Shown here: in pieces, positions 49,514-58,558 of the stretch
Numbering within the stretch: position 1 is the first letter of the stretch
How the letters are laid out: each line of letters starts with the position of its first letter
NCBI GenBank assembly: GCA_032128875.1
Contig: JAVLKG010000002.1
Span: 608,001-672,000 of the forward strand
Source of the DNA: Candidatus Melainabacteria bacterium 17Bon1m
Lineage (GTDB): Bacteria > Cyanobacteriota > Vampirovibrionia > Obscuribacterales > Obscuribacteraceae
Direction: 5' to 3'
DNA length: 64,000 nt
Translations under genes and position numbers: made by a program
The notes under the pieces: generated by a model
What the model saw: the letters and a program-made list of their open reading frames with translations, nothing else
What the model was told of the DNA's origin: nothing
The model's database searches: none

Positions 49514-50218
49514 TTAACCCGCTGGTACTTCGGCGGTGTTTGCAGGTTTGTCTTTCAGTGCCAGAAACAGTGCGACTAGCCCTGCTCCCGGCACTATGAA
49601 GCCGGCTGCATTAATAACCAGGATTATCCATTTTTTGGAAGTATTTCCCTTAAGAGCCAACAGAGTCGGTAGGAAGAAAGAGCCGATATACATAAGGAAG
49701 TAGAACATTGCGAACGCATAGCCAAGCGGCTCGCTGCCTGTGAGGATGATGATGCCCGGCGCAGCGACTGCAGCTATGCCGCCAATTACTCCGACCGCCA
49801 GCATGAGCTTAACCAGTCCCCACTTCTTGACGCAGGCAGCCAAAATTGCGCCGGTTATAAGCATCAGTGCCGAGCATACGCCTAAAAGCTCGGCTACCCA
49901 GCCAAGAGCTTCTTTCTTTTTGGAAGGGTCACTCAGGTCTTTAATTAGTGATTGAGTGGCTTTGTCAGCCTCTGAGGCATTCTCTGCTTCTGATGAGTCC
50001 TCTGTTCCAGAAGACTTCTCGGTCCCAGAAACTTTTTCTGTTCCAGAAGTCTTTGCTGGTTCAGAAGCGTTCTCCGGTTTTGCCGCATTTTCGGTGGTAG
50101 GGCTGGTAGCTTCTTTTGACTTTTCTGAGGCAGTCGGAGGTTCAGCGCAAACCGGCGACGGCAGAAAAACAAAGCCGGCTAAGCATAAGCAAACAAACAT
50201 CCGTAAAAACAGTGCCAT
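49514..50218 (-). CDS. Membrane protein with low-complexity S/E/K/T linker and C-terminal superinfection-immunity (T4 Imm)-like hairpin
   Basis: Signal peptide, SGTEK-type repeats, several TMs, and FFLPTLLALKGNTSKKWIILVINAAG...LVALFLAL. Confidence 0.55.
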   Translation of the reverse strand: MALFLRMFVCLCLAGFVFLPSPVCAEPPTASEKSKEATSPTTENAAKPENASEPAKTSGTEKVSGTEKSSGTEDSSEAENASEADKATQSLIKDLSDPSKKKEALGWVAELLGVCSALMLITGAILAACVKKWGLVKLMLAVGVIGGIAAVAAPGIIILTGSEPLGYAFAMFYFLMYIGSFFLPTLLALKGNTSKKWIILVINAAGFIVPGAGLVALFLALKDKPANTAEVPAG

Positions 50219-50380
50219 ATATTTAGCTCCAAGCTCGCCCACAATCGAGAATATAGCACTGCTGGGCTCTATTTTTTGAACCGGTTTGACGACAATTGTG
50301 TCCACGTGAGACTTTGGAATTTGACTGATTCAATTGAACTTTTTCAGTGGATTCGTCGTCTCTATAAAAGGACAACAAAA

Positions 50381-50541
50381 TAGACGCGTTGGTCTGCTTG
50401 CAGGTCCGTAGTGGGGAGAAACTATCATCCTGCTGGTGGACTAGCGCGTCTAAATTTTAAAGGGTCGTTCGTCAGTTGGAACGTCGCGACAGGGGTTTTC
50501 CCTATGGAATTTAGGAACCTCCGTGGCTACAGTGGACCTGC
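50381..50541 (+). ncRNA. Putative structured RNA (long G-U-rich hairpin with alternative pairing)
   Basis: TAGACGCGTTGGTCTGC (50381-50397) pairs with GTGGACTAGCGCGTCTA (50436-50452) using 4 G-U pairs. Alternatively, GCAGGTCC (50400-50407) pairs with GGACCTGC (50534-50541). Confidence 0.4.
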
Positions 50542-50609
50542 GCACTTTTGCGTTTTTGTTCAACTTAGTAGTTTTTCAAACTGCTAAAACCCTTACCAGG
50601 AAAAATTAA

Positions 50610-51257
50610 ATGTATTGGAGAATCGGCATTGCCTTGATGCTGAGCGCGCTTGCGTTTGGAATTTGGATTGCCTCACTGCAGCCCGGCACTGGCAGAGATG
50701 AGTTCTTTTGGCAATGTATGGCAAGCAACGACCATATCTTTCGGAGATTTTGGCCGCAATTTCTTTGGCTTACAATCCCGAGCTTGCTGTTGGCGGTGTG
50801 GCCATTTGCTATCTCTGTACCCGGCGTAAAAAGCAGTTTCAATAAAGCGTCTCAACTTAAGGCGTCCTTTTGGTTGTTTCTCGCCTTTGCATCTATTCCC
50901 CGCTTTTTCCCATGGTTAGCAATTGTCTTGCCTCAGCTAATTGCACAAGTATTTGCAGATCACTTCCCTCAGATCTACCACCACGGCACAACGTTTTGCG
51001 CGGTATGTGATCATACTCTCGCCGAGGATTTGAACATGATACTGCTGCCTTGTATGCAGGCAGTTTTGTGGGCTGCAGGTGTTGCGACAGGCGTGCTTCA
51101 ACTTTTGAAATCATCGAAGCCTGTTTCGAGGCTTAATTCAGCGAAAAGCTATTTGCCTGGCCTCAGCTATGCATGCCTTTTGATGGCTGTGGTCGTCGCC
51201 GATATAACCCAACGATATGTATGGGCTGAAGAGTGCATACACCAGGGATTTCACTGA
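50610..51257 (+). CDS. Hypothetical multi-pass membrane protein
   Basis: AGGA RBS, about 5 hydrophobic segments, His/Cys cluster HHGTTFCAVCDH. Confidence 0.65.
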   Translation: MYWRIGIALMLSALAFGIWIASLQPGTGRDEFFWQCMASNDHIFRRFWPQFLWLTIPSLLLAVWPFAISVPGVKSSFNKASQLKASFWLFLAFASIPRFFPWLAIVLPQLIAQVFADHFPQIYHHGTTFCAVCDHTLAEDLNMILLPCMQAVLWAAGVATGVLQLLKSSKPVSRLNSAKSYLPGLSYACLLMAVVVADITQRYVWAEECIHQGFH

Positions 51258-51426
51258 TGGCGGCCGGTGTTACGGCTGGTGGCATATGCAATAGACACCA
51301 AAGTCGAGTAAATCAAACCTGCCGTGACCATTTTGAAGCTGAGTCCAAGAGCTCTGGTGGCTCTTGCGATGATGGTGGCAGATCTTTTCAAACGAATTCT
51401 TTCTAGCTGAGACTACTAGAAGTGTA

Positions 51427-53037
51427 TCAGGTTGTCCGAGTAGTAGGAGTGCAAATCTCTGGCATTGGACCAAAGAATTGAGCCTTTGTTTTCTTGATTT
51501 TTAGTGCGCGCTGCGCTGCAATGCGGCCGCCTCTGATTGCTGACTCGGCTGCAGGTAGTCCGTGATAGCTGGAGTGCGCAAATGAGTAGCTGTTGGTTTG
51601 CGCGGCCAGGATCTTTTTCATTCTTTTGAAATAGTCCGGACCCGTCACGGCCATTGCATGCCCCCAGCGTGTGAGCTGTACTGTTTCAAGAGAGGCATCG
51701 AACTCTTTTCCGAGGATGCCTGCCAACTGTTTTCGCAATTGGAGTGAGAACCTATCGCGGTCTCCTTCGAGCAATAAGCCTCGCCCTTCGGAGCCGGCAA
51801 GATAAGGTTGGTAAACGGTCAATACCTGACCCATCTCTTTTCTGTAGTGACCGTTCAGGTCATATGCAGTGTTGGCGATAGTTATATCTGGGAATGAGTA
51901 TTTAGACGGCAGCCAGTTGTCGAAACTGCTATTGAACACCTTCTTGTTGAGAATGAAATTGCCGACCAGATAACTTCCATATCGGACCGCATACATTTGC
52001 GCTTTTTCTGGAACCTTGAGATTGACCATGCGAGTAGCAATCATTGGGGAAACAGCGATGATCGCGTGTTTGCAATTAACGCGGTGAAGATTTCCTGCCT
52101 TATCTTGGTAAACAACAGAAGCTCCATCATCCTTCAACGTTACATTCCAGACAAATGCATCTGTCACCATTCTTTGAGGCGTTTTTTGTTTAATGCTATT
52201 TGCAATCGCGCGTGTCAAGGCCGGGTTTCCGCCTTCGAGCAAGTAGCTTGGTATTACCAAGTCTTCAAGCACCGACAGACCTGCAAGAGCAGAGAGGTTG
52301 TTTGCGCCTCCGCAGGCCGAGGATTTCATAAATCCCTCGATCAAATCCATGAAAGGGGCACTGTATCCAGTGAGCATTGTTGAGAGCAAAACTTTGTCCA
52401 GTTTTTCTAATTCTGGTGTCAGCTCGGAAACGTACATAGTGGCATTTCCCATTTTTGACCAAACTGATTTCATTTCTGATCTCAGTCTTTTGAAATCTTT
52501 GTAGATTGCGTTGGTTCCACCATCGATGCCCTTGAGGAAACGCGCACCGTCCCACCACGCATTCTTTTCCGTGCCGATCTTAACCGGCTTCAGTTTCATA
52601 TCAGCGATGATTTGACCGACGTCCCCATCGATGTCAGTTAGGTATTGCGAGCCGTATGAATACCAGAGTCCGCGAGAATTAGAGCCGCGCGCGTTGCCAC
52701 CAGTTTCTTGATACTGTTCCAACAATAGATAGTCATGGTCTTTGAGATGATGCGCCGCAGTCAGCGCTGCCATGCCACCACCGATGATGACGAAGTCAAT
52801 GTTTCGCTCGCTTGCTTTAGGAAACCTCGGAATTTCAGAGTTTCTCAAACGATGGCCGAAAGTGAAGTCGTCGCCGGTCCAAGGAAGCAACTTAACGTCT
52901 GACTTTAGTTTGACTTCGCCCGCCAGCGCCTGCGAGCCTTGCAACATCGAAATTCCGCCCGATGCGCCCAGTCCACATAGCAAAACTGCGAGTTGTTGGA
53001 GAAACTCGCGCCTTGTCGTTTGTTCGTCGAAAGTCAA
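51427..53037 (-). CDS. Tat-exported FAD-dependent oxidoreductase (amine oxidase-like)
   Basis: TRREFL twin-arginine signal ending ALA, GHRLR, IIGGGMAAL.AA, LLLEQ...GGNA, TRWGHAM, AESAIRGG. Confidence 0.85.
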   Translation of the reverse strand: MTFDEQTTRREFLQQLAVLLCGLGASGGISMLQGSQALAGEVKLKSDVKLLPWTGDDFTFGHRLRNSEIPRFPKASERNIDFVIIGGGMAALTAAHHLKDHDYLLLEQYQETGGNARGSNSRGLWYSYGSQYLTDIDGDVGQIIADMKLKPVKIGTEKNAWWDGARFLKGIDGGTNAIYKDFKRLRSEMKSVWSKMGNATMYVSELTPELEKLDKVLLSTMLTGYSAPFMDLIEGFMKSSACGGANNLSALAGLSVLEDLVIPSYLLEGGNPALTRAIANSIKQKTPQRMVTDAFVWNVTLKDDGASVVYQDKAGNLHRVNCKHAIIAVSPMIATRMVNLKVPEKAQMYAVRYGSYLVGNFILNKKVFNSSFDNWLPSKYSFPDITIANTAYDLNGHYRKEMGQVLTVYQPYLAGSEGRGLLLEGDRDRFSLQLRKQLAGILGKEFDASLETVQLTRWGHAMAVTGPDYFKRMKKILAAQTNSYSFAHSSYHGLPAAESAIRGGRIAAQRALKIKKTKAQFFGPMPEICTPTTRTT

Positions 53038-53352
53038 AACCTGCCCCTTGGCTAGCCGTCTGCTCGCGCCGCCCACCCGGGCCCGGACGCTTTCTGAAGG
53101 ACATTATATTCATTTTGGAAAAGTGTGCCGTCTCTTTCATGCCCCATTTAGTGGTTATTTCGCCGTTTCAAGGTTTGAAAGGGGGTTCAAATGAGCACGC
53201 CAATCTAAAACAATGTGGACAGTTTATCTATATATACGGCCTCTCGCTTTAGAATTTTCGCTTGCCGTCTTCTGCCGGGAACGCCTGGCTGGACTGAGTC
53301 AAACGGAGACGCGCTTGTGACGGCTATCGTTTCAAAGAAGGACGAACACAGG

Positions 53353-54927
53353 ATGGGTACGGATTTGAAGGAAGCAAAGAGTCAACCAAACCAAGACTCT
53401 ACTAAAAGCGGCGCGCTCGAAGAGCAAATTGCCCGCATCAAGAAAGGTGGAGCTCCCAAATACCACCAGAAGCTGAAGGAAGACAAAAAGCTGTTCGCAC
53501 GCGAGCGCTTGGCACTTCTGCTTGATCCAGGCTTTGAAATTGAAGATGCACGCTTTGCCAATGGACGCGAAGCTGACTTGCCGGCAGACGGCGTTGTGAC
53601 AGGTATTGGACAAATAGAAGGCAAGACTGTTTGCTTCATGGCCAATGACTCGACCGTGAAGGCGGGCTCATGGGGATGGCGCACGGTTGAGAAAATCATC
53701 CGCATTCAAGAGACAGCCGCAAAACTCAGAGTTCCATTGATTTACCTCGTAGACTCAGCTGGTGCACGCATCACCGATCAAATCGAGATGTTCCCGGGAC
53801 GTCGTGGCGCCGGAAAAATCTTCCACAACCAAGTTTCTATGAGCGGAATGATTCCGCAAATCTGCTTGCTATTTGGACCGTCTGCTGCAGGCGGCGCATA
53901 CATCCCAGCATTCTGCGACATTGTCGTCATGGTCGATGGCAACGCTTCGATGTATTTGGGCTCACCCCGAATGGCTGAAATGGTCATCGGAGAGAAGGTG
54001 ACGCTTGAAGAAATGGGTGGCGCGCGCATGCACTGCTCAGTGAGCGGATGCGGAGATGTGCTCGCGAAGACCGAGGAAGAAGCGATTCAGATGTGCAAAG
54101 ACTATTTGCGCTTCATGCCCGCGAACTGCAACGAAAAGGTTGCGCTTCTCCCGTCGCAAGAACCAGTCGCTGGAAAGCGCTCTCTCGAAGAAATCATTCC
54201 CGAGAAAGAAAGCGTTCCTTTCGATGTTTACGAAGCAATCGATACTCTCATCGATGCAGGCACTTTCTTCGAAATCAAGAAATTGTTTGCTGCCGAGCTG
54301 GTCACAGGCTTCGCTAGAATTGGCGGTCGCGCAGTAGGTATTCTCGCCAACCAACCGAAGGTAAAGGGCGGTGTCTTGTTCGTCGATTCATCGGACAAAG
54401 CGGCGCGTTTCATCTGGTTGTGCAACGCATTCAACATTCCTCTGCTATTCCTCGCTGATGTTCCAGGCTTCATGATTGGAACAAAAGTTGAGCGCGCAGG
54501 CATGATTCGCTCAGGCGCAAAGATGATCTCTGCTGTTTCTTCCGCAGACGTTCCGAAGATTTCGGTCATCCTGAGAAAGGCATATGGTGCGGGTCTCTAC
54601 GCAATGTGCGGACCAGCATTCGAACCGGATGCTTGCCTCGCATTACCGACAGCTTGGATTGCGGTAATGGGTCCGGAAGCTGCCGTAAATGCTGTCTACT
54701 TCAACAAGATTCAAGAACTTCCTGAAGCTGAAAGACCTGCGTTCGTCGAGCAAAAGCGCGCCGAGTACAGAGAAGATGTAGACATCTACAAACTTGCTGC
54801 AGAAATGATTGTTGATGACATGGTTACACCGACAAGTCTTCGTGGTGAGCTGATCAATCGTTTCAATGCCTACGCAACGAAAGAATTGAATCTGCCCAAG
54901 AAGAAGCACAGCGTGTTGCCTGTTTAG
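53353..54927 (+). CDS. Acyl-CoA carboxylase carboxyltransferase (beta) subunit
   Basis: ARERLALLLD, ADGVVTG.G, ANDSTVKAGS, DSAGARI, AGGAY.PA, MGGA.MH..VSG, DVPGFMIG, RKAYGAG, AVMGPEAA. ATG 53353. Confidence 0.95.
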   Translation: MGTDLKEAKSQPNQDSTKSGALEEQIARIKKGGAPKYHQKLKEDKKLFARERLALLLDPGFEIEDARFANGREADLPADGVVTGIGQIEGKTVCFMANDSTVKAGSWGWRTVEKIIRIQETAAKLRVPLIYLVDSAGARITDQIEMFPGRRGAGKIFHNQVSMSGMIPQICLLFGPSAAGGAYIPAFCDIVVMVDGNASMYLGSPRMAEMVIGEKVTLEEMGGARMHCSVSGCGDVLAKTEEEAIQMCKDYLRFMPANCNEKVALLPSQEPVAGKRSLEEIIPEKESVPFDVYEAIDTLIDAGTFFEIKKLFAAELVTGFARIGGRAVGILANQPKVKGGVLFVDSSDKAARFIWLCNAFNIPLLFLADVPGFMIGTKVERAGMIRSGAKMISAVSSADVPKISVILRKAYGAGLYAMCGPAFEPDACLALPTAWIAVMGPEAAVNAVYFNKIQELPEAERPAFVEQKRAEYREDVDIYKLAAEMIVDDMVTPTSLRGELINRFNAYATKELNLPKKKHSVLPV

Positions 54928-54956
54928 TCTGTGGCACTGATCAAATCGCAGAGCTA

Positions 54957-56255
54957 ATGGTTACAGTCAATCCAGGATCTTCATTCCCAGAGCAAGAATA
55001 TGCTCAGCTGGATCGCAATGCGGTCGAGCAGCTTGTTCTGGGAATTGATTCTGAGTCGGTTAGAGAACAACTTGAGAGTGCTGAAGACATCGATGAATTG
55101 GCTTTGCTGCCAATTGCTGAACTTATAATCAAGCTTCTTGTCGAAAAAACAGAGCTTGAAGCAGCACTGGTTACAAATAAGTTTCTAAAGGTAATCATTG
55201 AAAGCCACTCGGTATTTTCCGGAACCATTTGGCAGAATGTGCTCTTTACGGTGATACCATCTGCAGTGGTTCTGGAAAAGTTCGACTATCTCGATGAATT
55301 CATTGATAACGAGCTGGCTGATCCAGTTACACGCAGTGGCATGTTGGCTGTAGCCGCGCATGTATGTTTGTCAAAACATCACTACGATCGCGCAAAAAGT
55401 TATTTGCAGAAAGCGAAACAGGCGGTTGCCGCTGATCCTTTAGTGTCGACCTACTCTATAGACGAACTGATTACCTACGCTGACGCGCAGCAAAGCAGTG
55501 ACAATGCAGACCATTCCTGTGGAGAGCATCATTCTTCAATGCTGCCTGAGACACAGAACGTATTGCGTAAGTGGCAATTAAAACTGGGCGGCAAAGAGCA
55601 GGACGCTCCCTGGTCTAACAAGGACGATCTCGCCTTTCTCTTCCAGCGTTTCCGACCAGACGGCGAAGGAATTGAAGAGTTCTGCGCCGACATGAATTGC
55701 GAAGCAATTGCGCCTCGTCTGCTAGAGATGTTTCGCGCAACTGCAGATAGCTACAAAACCGGAAATTCAGTGGACGCATATTTTGTTGTTCGCGATGTGC
55801 CAAGCTCCTCTGACGAAGAACTTAAGACTCTTGCAATTGCGTACATCGAGAGTTTGAAACAAATAAGTCCAGGTTCTGAGAATGACGAAGCAGATGATGA
55901 TGATGATGAATTTGTTTCGATGGAAACGTATTTTGAATCGACGCCAACTATCGAAATTGCGCGTGGAGAGAAAGCTCCGCTAGAAAGTAGCGACATTGAG
56001 ATTTCCGTCTATCTAGCGCTCAATGATTACTTCGCTTCGTTTGCGCTCAGTAAGGAAGCTTCCTTACTCACTGAAGCTTTGTATACCATGTCGAACAACT
56101 ACAACCTTGCCAATTATGTCTTGTGGCCTATGGTTCAACGAAATCAAGATAAATCGCTGGAAGATCCATACAGCAAATACTTTGAACTATGGCGCCGAGG
56201 TGTGAACCCGTTTTTTGAAGACGATCACAAATGTGTACTCTACACTGTGTCCTGA
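54957..56255 (+). CDS. Acidic hypothetical protein
   Basis: 432-aa ORF 29 nt after the carboxylase; conserved-looking C-terminus EALYTMSNNYNLANYVLWP...DPYSKYFELWRRG. Confidence 0.7.
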   Translation: MVTVNPGSSFPEQEYAQLDRNAVEQLVLGIDSESVREQLESAEDIDELALLPIAELIIKLLVEKTELEAALVTNKFLKVIIESHSVFSGTIWQNVLFTVIPSAVVLEKFDYLDEFIDNELADPVTRSGMLAVAAHVCLSKHHYDRAKSYLQKAKQAVAADPLVSTYSIDELITYADAQQSSDNADHSCGEHHSSMLPETQNVLRKWQLKLGGKEQDAPWSNKDDLAFLFQRFRPDGEGIEEFCADMNCEAIAPRLLEMFRATADSYKTGNSVDAYFVVRDVPSSSDEELKTLAIAYIESLKQISPGSENDEADDDDDEFVSMETYFESTPTIEIARGEKAPLESSDIEISVYLALNDYFASFALSKEASLLTEALYTMSNNYNLANYVLWPMVQRNQDKSLEDPYSKYFELWRRGVNPFFEDDHKCVLYTVS

Positions 56256-56352
56256 CGCGTAAGCTCTGTGATCATCTACGCGTAATCGTCAGTGCGTAGT
56301 CATGTTATACGCCTAAATTGTTCGCGTGATCTTTTCGCGTGATCTTGTTCTC

Positions 56353-56649
56353 CTAGTCTTCTTTCTCTACTCGTTTTTCAGTCGGGGTCTTCTTTGGACC
56401 CTCTAGAACTTTGCTTTCCTTGACTCGTGCTTTTTCAGCCTTGACTGCAGGTGTTTCTGGCTGCTCTTCCACTTTCTCACCGGCTGGCTTAACCCCGTGG
56501 CATTCTATTTTTGACTGTTCTTGCAGCGCTTTGGCATAGTCTTTCTTTTCTTCTGCATTACCGCATCCGCAAGAGGATTTTGACTCGGTTTCTTTTCCGG
56601 CATCCCCTATTTTCAATTCTTCCATTTCTCGTTCTTCCGTTTTATCCAT
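56353..56649 (-). CDS. Small charged, probably disordered hypothetical protein
   Basis: GAGG RBS, E/K-rich 98 aa, SCGCG motif. Confidence 0.6.
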   Translation of the reverse strand: MDKTEEREMEELKIGDAGKETESKSSCGCGNAEEKKDYAKALQEQSKIECHGVKPAGEKVEEQPETPAVKAEKARVKESKVLEGPKKTPTEKRVEKED

Positions 56650-57101
56650 GCTTTACTGCCTCATCTATTCACTGCTCTCAATACTGGTTGGAACGACTGA
56701 AATCAAACCCTGGAATTCGCTCCAATCTAGTAGGGCAGCCCGTGCGGCTAAAGGTTCCAGACCATTGCCCTCCAAGCCCTTAAGGATTCCTGAATGCCCC
56801 AACTGGTGGGATTATGAGGAATTGGTGAATTTGTAACAATGTTGTCAAGAAAAGTGGTAACTTGGGCGCATAGAGAACAAATCGGATCGAGACGACGAAA
56901 GTGCAAACCACAATCCGCAGTTACAGCAGACGAATAAGAACAAGAGTGAAAGCTTTGAGCTTGAAGCTGTAATCCAGTCTCAATTCCTTTTGGGTTCTAT
57001 GAACTCATGCCCTAAATACAATTGCTCCGGCGCAACGAATGCGCCGGACGGCGGATGTCATCGAGAGTCGATGGCATCGCGCAAACTTGGAGATTCTAAA
57101 A

Positions 57102-58025
57102 ATGGATAATAGTGCACATAAAGCGATAGGTACGATGGTAGGTGGCTTGGTCGTCACCGGCGTTGTTCTAGCAATTCCATTGTTCACTGGTTTTTGGGTA
57201 TCTGTTGATGCTGGCCACGTAGGCGTTCTGAAAACAATGGGTGCTGTTAACTCGCAAGAGCTACCTCCCGGTTTTCACTTTAAGACGCCCCTGATGGATG
57301 ACGTGGTTCAACTCGATACGAGATTGAAATCGTTTGAAGTAAGAGCAGCAGCAGCATCTAAAGACTTGCAGACTATTGAAACGACAATTTCTGTTCAACA
57401 CAGTATTTCCCCAACAATGGCAGCCGAATGCTATCAAACTGTCGGTGATCTCGACAAGATCGACTTGACGGTAGTAGCGCCGGCGGTGCAAGAAAGTTTA
57501 AAAGCTATTACTGCTAAATACACTGCCGAAGAGCTAGTTACGAAACGCGAACAGGTAAAGCAACTGGTCACAGACGCAATTAGGGCCTACATCGGACATA
57601 CGCTATCTGAAAAGAAATTGGATGGTGCTGTGAGTGTAGCCAACGTTGCGATCACTGATTTTGATTTCTCGAAGGAGTTCAACCTGTCAATCGAAGCCAA
57701 AGTAAAAGCTGAACAACAAGCTTTGCAAGCTAAGAATGAAAAGGAAAGACGAATCACGGAAGCTGAAGCAGCAGCAAGAGAAAAAGAGTTGGCGGCAGAC
57801 GCTGCAGCCTATCAAATTAAGAAGGAAAGTATTGAACGAGCCGCAGCTATCCAACGTGAAGCCAACGCCCTTTCACAAAATCCCAACCTTGTAGGTCTGA
57901 GAGCTGTTGAAAAATGGGACGGCGAATTGCCAACATTCTCTGGTGGTGGACCTATGCCTTTTATCAGCTTGCCGACACCTGAAAGACGACACGTAGCAGA
58001 CAGCAAGACCAAACAAGTCCACTAA
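57102..58025 (+). CDS. SPFH/prohibitin family protein
   Basis: N-terminal TM, VDAGHVGVL..MGAV...LPPGFHFKTP, ASKDLQ, QESLKAITAKYTAEELVTKRE, FSKEF..SIEAKV.AEQ, EKWDG.LP; GGAG RBS. Confidence 0.93.
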   Translation: MDNSAHKAIGTMVGGLVVTGVVLAIPLFTGFWVSVDAGHVGVLKTMGAVNSQELPPGFHFKTPLMDDVVQLDTRLKSFEVRAAAASKDLQTIETTISVQHSISPTMAAECYQTVGDLDKIDLTVVAPAVQESLKAITAKYTAEELVTKREQVKQLVTDAIRAYIGHTLSEKKLDGAVSVANVAITDFDFSKEFNLSIEAKVKAEQQALQAKNEKERRITEAEAAAREKELAADAAAYQIKKESIERAAAIQREANALSQNPNLVGLRAVEKWDGELPTFSGGGPMPFISLPTPERRHVADSKTKQVH

Positions 58026-58070
58026 TAGTTTCAACGAAACGCAAACCCAAAGACATACCTGAGAGGGCAA

Positions 58071-58096
58071 ACGGAGCAGTCGAAAGGCTGCTCTGT
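58071..58096. terminator. Hairpin between convergent genes (probable terminator)
   Basis: ACGGAGCAGTC-GAAA-GGCTGCTCTGT stem-loop. Confidence 0.55.
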
Positions 58097-58120
58097 AATA
58101 TGAGCGCCTTCTTTTGCAAT

Positions 58121-58525
58121 TTAATTTAGTTTGCCTTCTCGGCCTTTGACTGTTCGATTGCGCATTACGCGTTCGTTAATTACGTTCATTCGAGCTTTAT
58201 TTCCAAAATAGAAGTCGAGAATGTCGTCGATGGCCTCTTGCGCGCTTTGCCAAACGTTTTTAAAATCTCCTTCCCCCATAACTGGAACATGTTCTTGATT
58301 CAGTACGACCCATCCTTCCTTTGTGTGTCGCAGCAAGACCTCTGGTGCGTCAATTTGCATATCACCAATGGCACCGTTGTAACCTTCCACGCTGTTTCCA
58401 TGTACCGCTGAAGGCTTGGCGATCCACACGCCCTCAGCTAGAACATGACCAGACGGAAATGGGTCAGACACATATAAATCCTGAGCACGCAGTTGTTGTA
58501 AGTATTTTTCGTCTATCTTGGACAT
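58121..58525 (-). CDS. Small hypothetical protein, putative immunity protein
   Basis: 134 aa, co-oriented, 33 nt downstream of the toxin-like gene; no signal peptide. Confidence 0.55.
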   Translation of the reverse strand: MSKIDEKYLQQLRAQDLYVSDPFPSGHVLAEGVWIAKPSAVHGNSVEGYNGAIGDMQIDAPEVLLRHTKEGWVVLNQEHVPVMGEGDFKNVWQSAQEAIDDILDFYFGNKARMNVINERVMRNRTVKGREGKLN

Positions 58526-58558
58526 GTTTTTCTCTCACTACCAAATGATTATATTGAA

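Noticed and set aside
56831-56848. Rex/FNR/NtcA box (TTGTAACAATGTTGTCAA)
   Set aside because: The imperfect palindrome does not match any of these consensus sequences well enough to call.
58064-58110. c-di-GMP-I riboswitch (GGCAAAC...GAAA)
   Set aside because: The second stem (GACGCAAAGC...) is absent and the element lies between convergent 3' ends; called a terminator hairpin.
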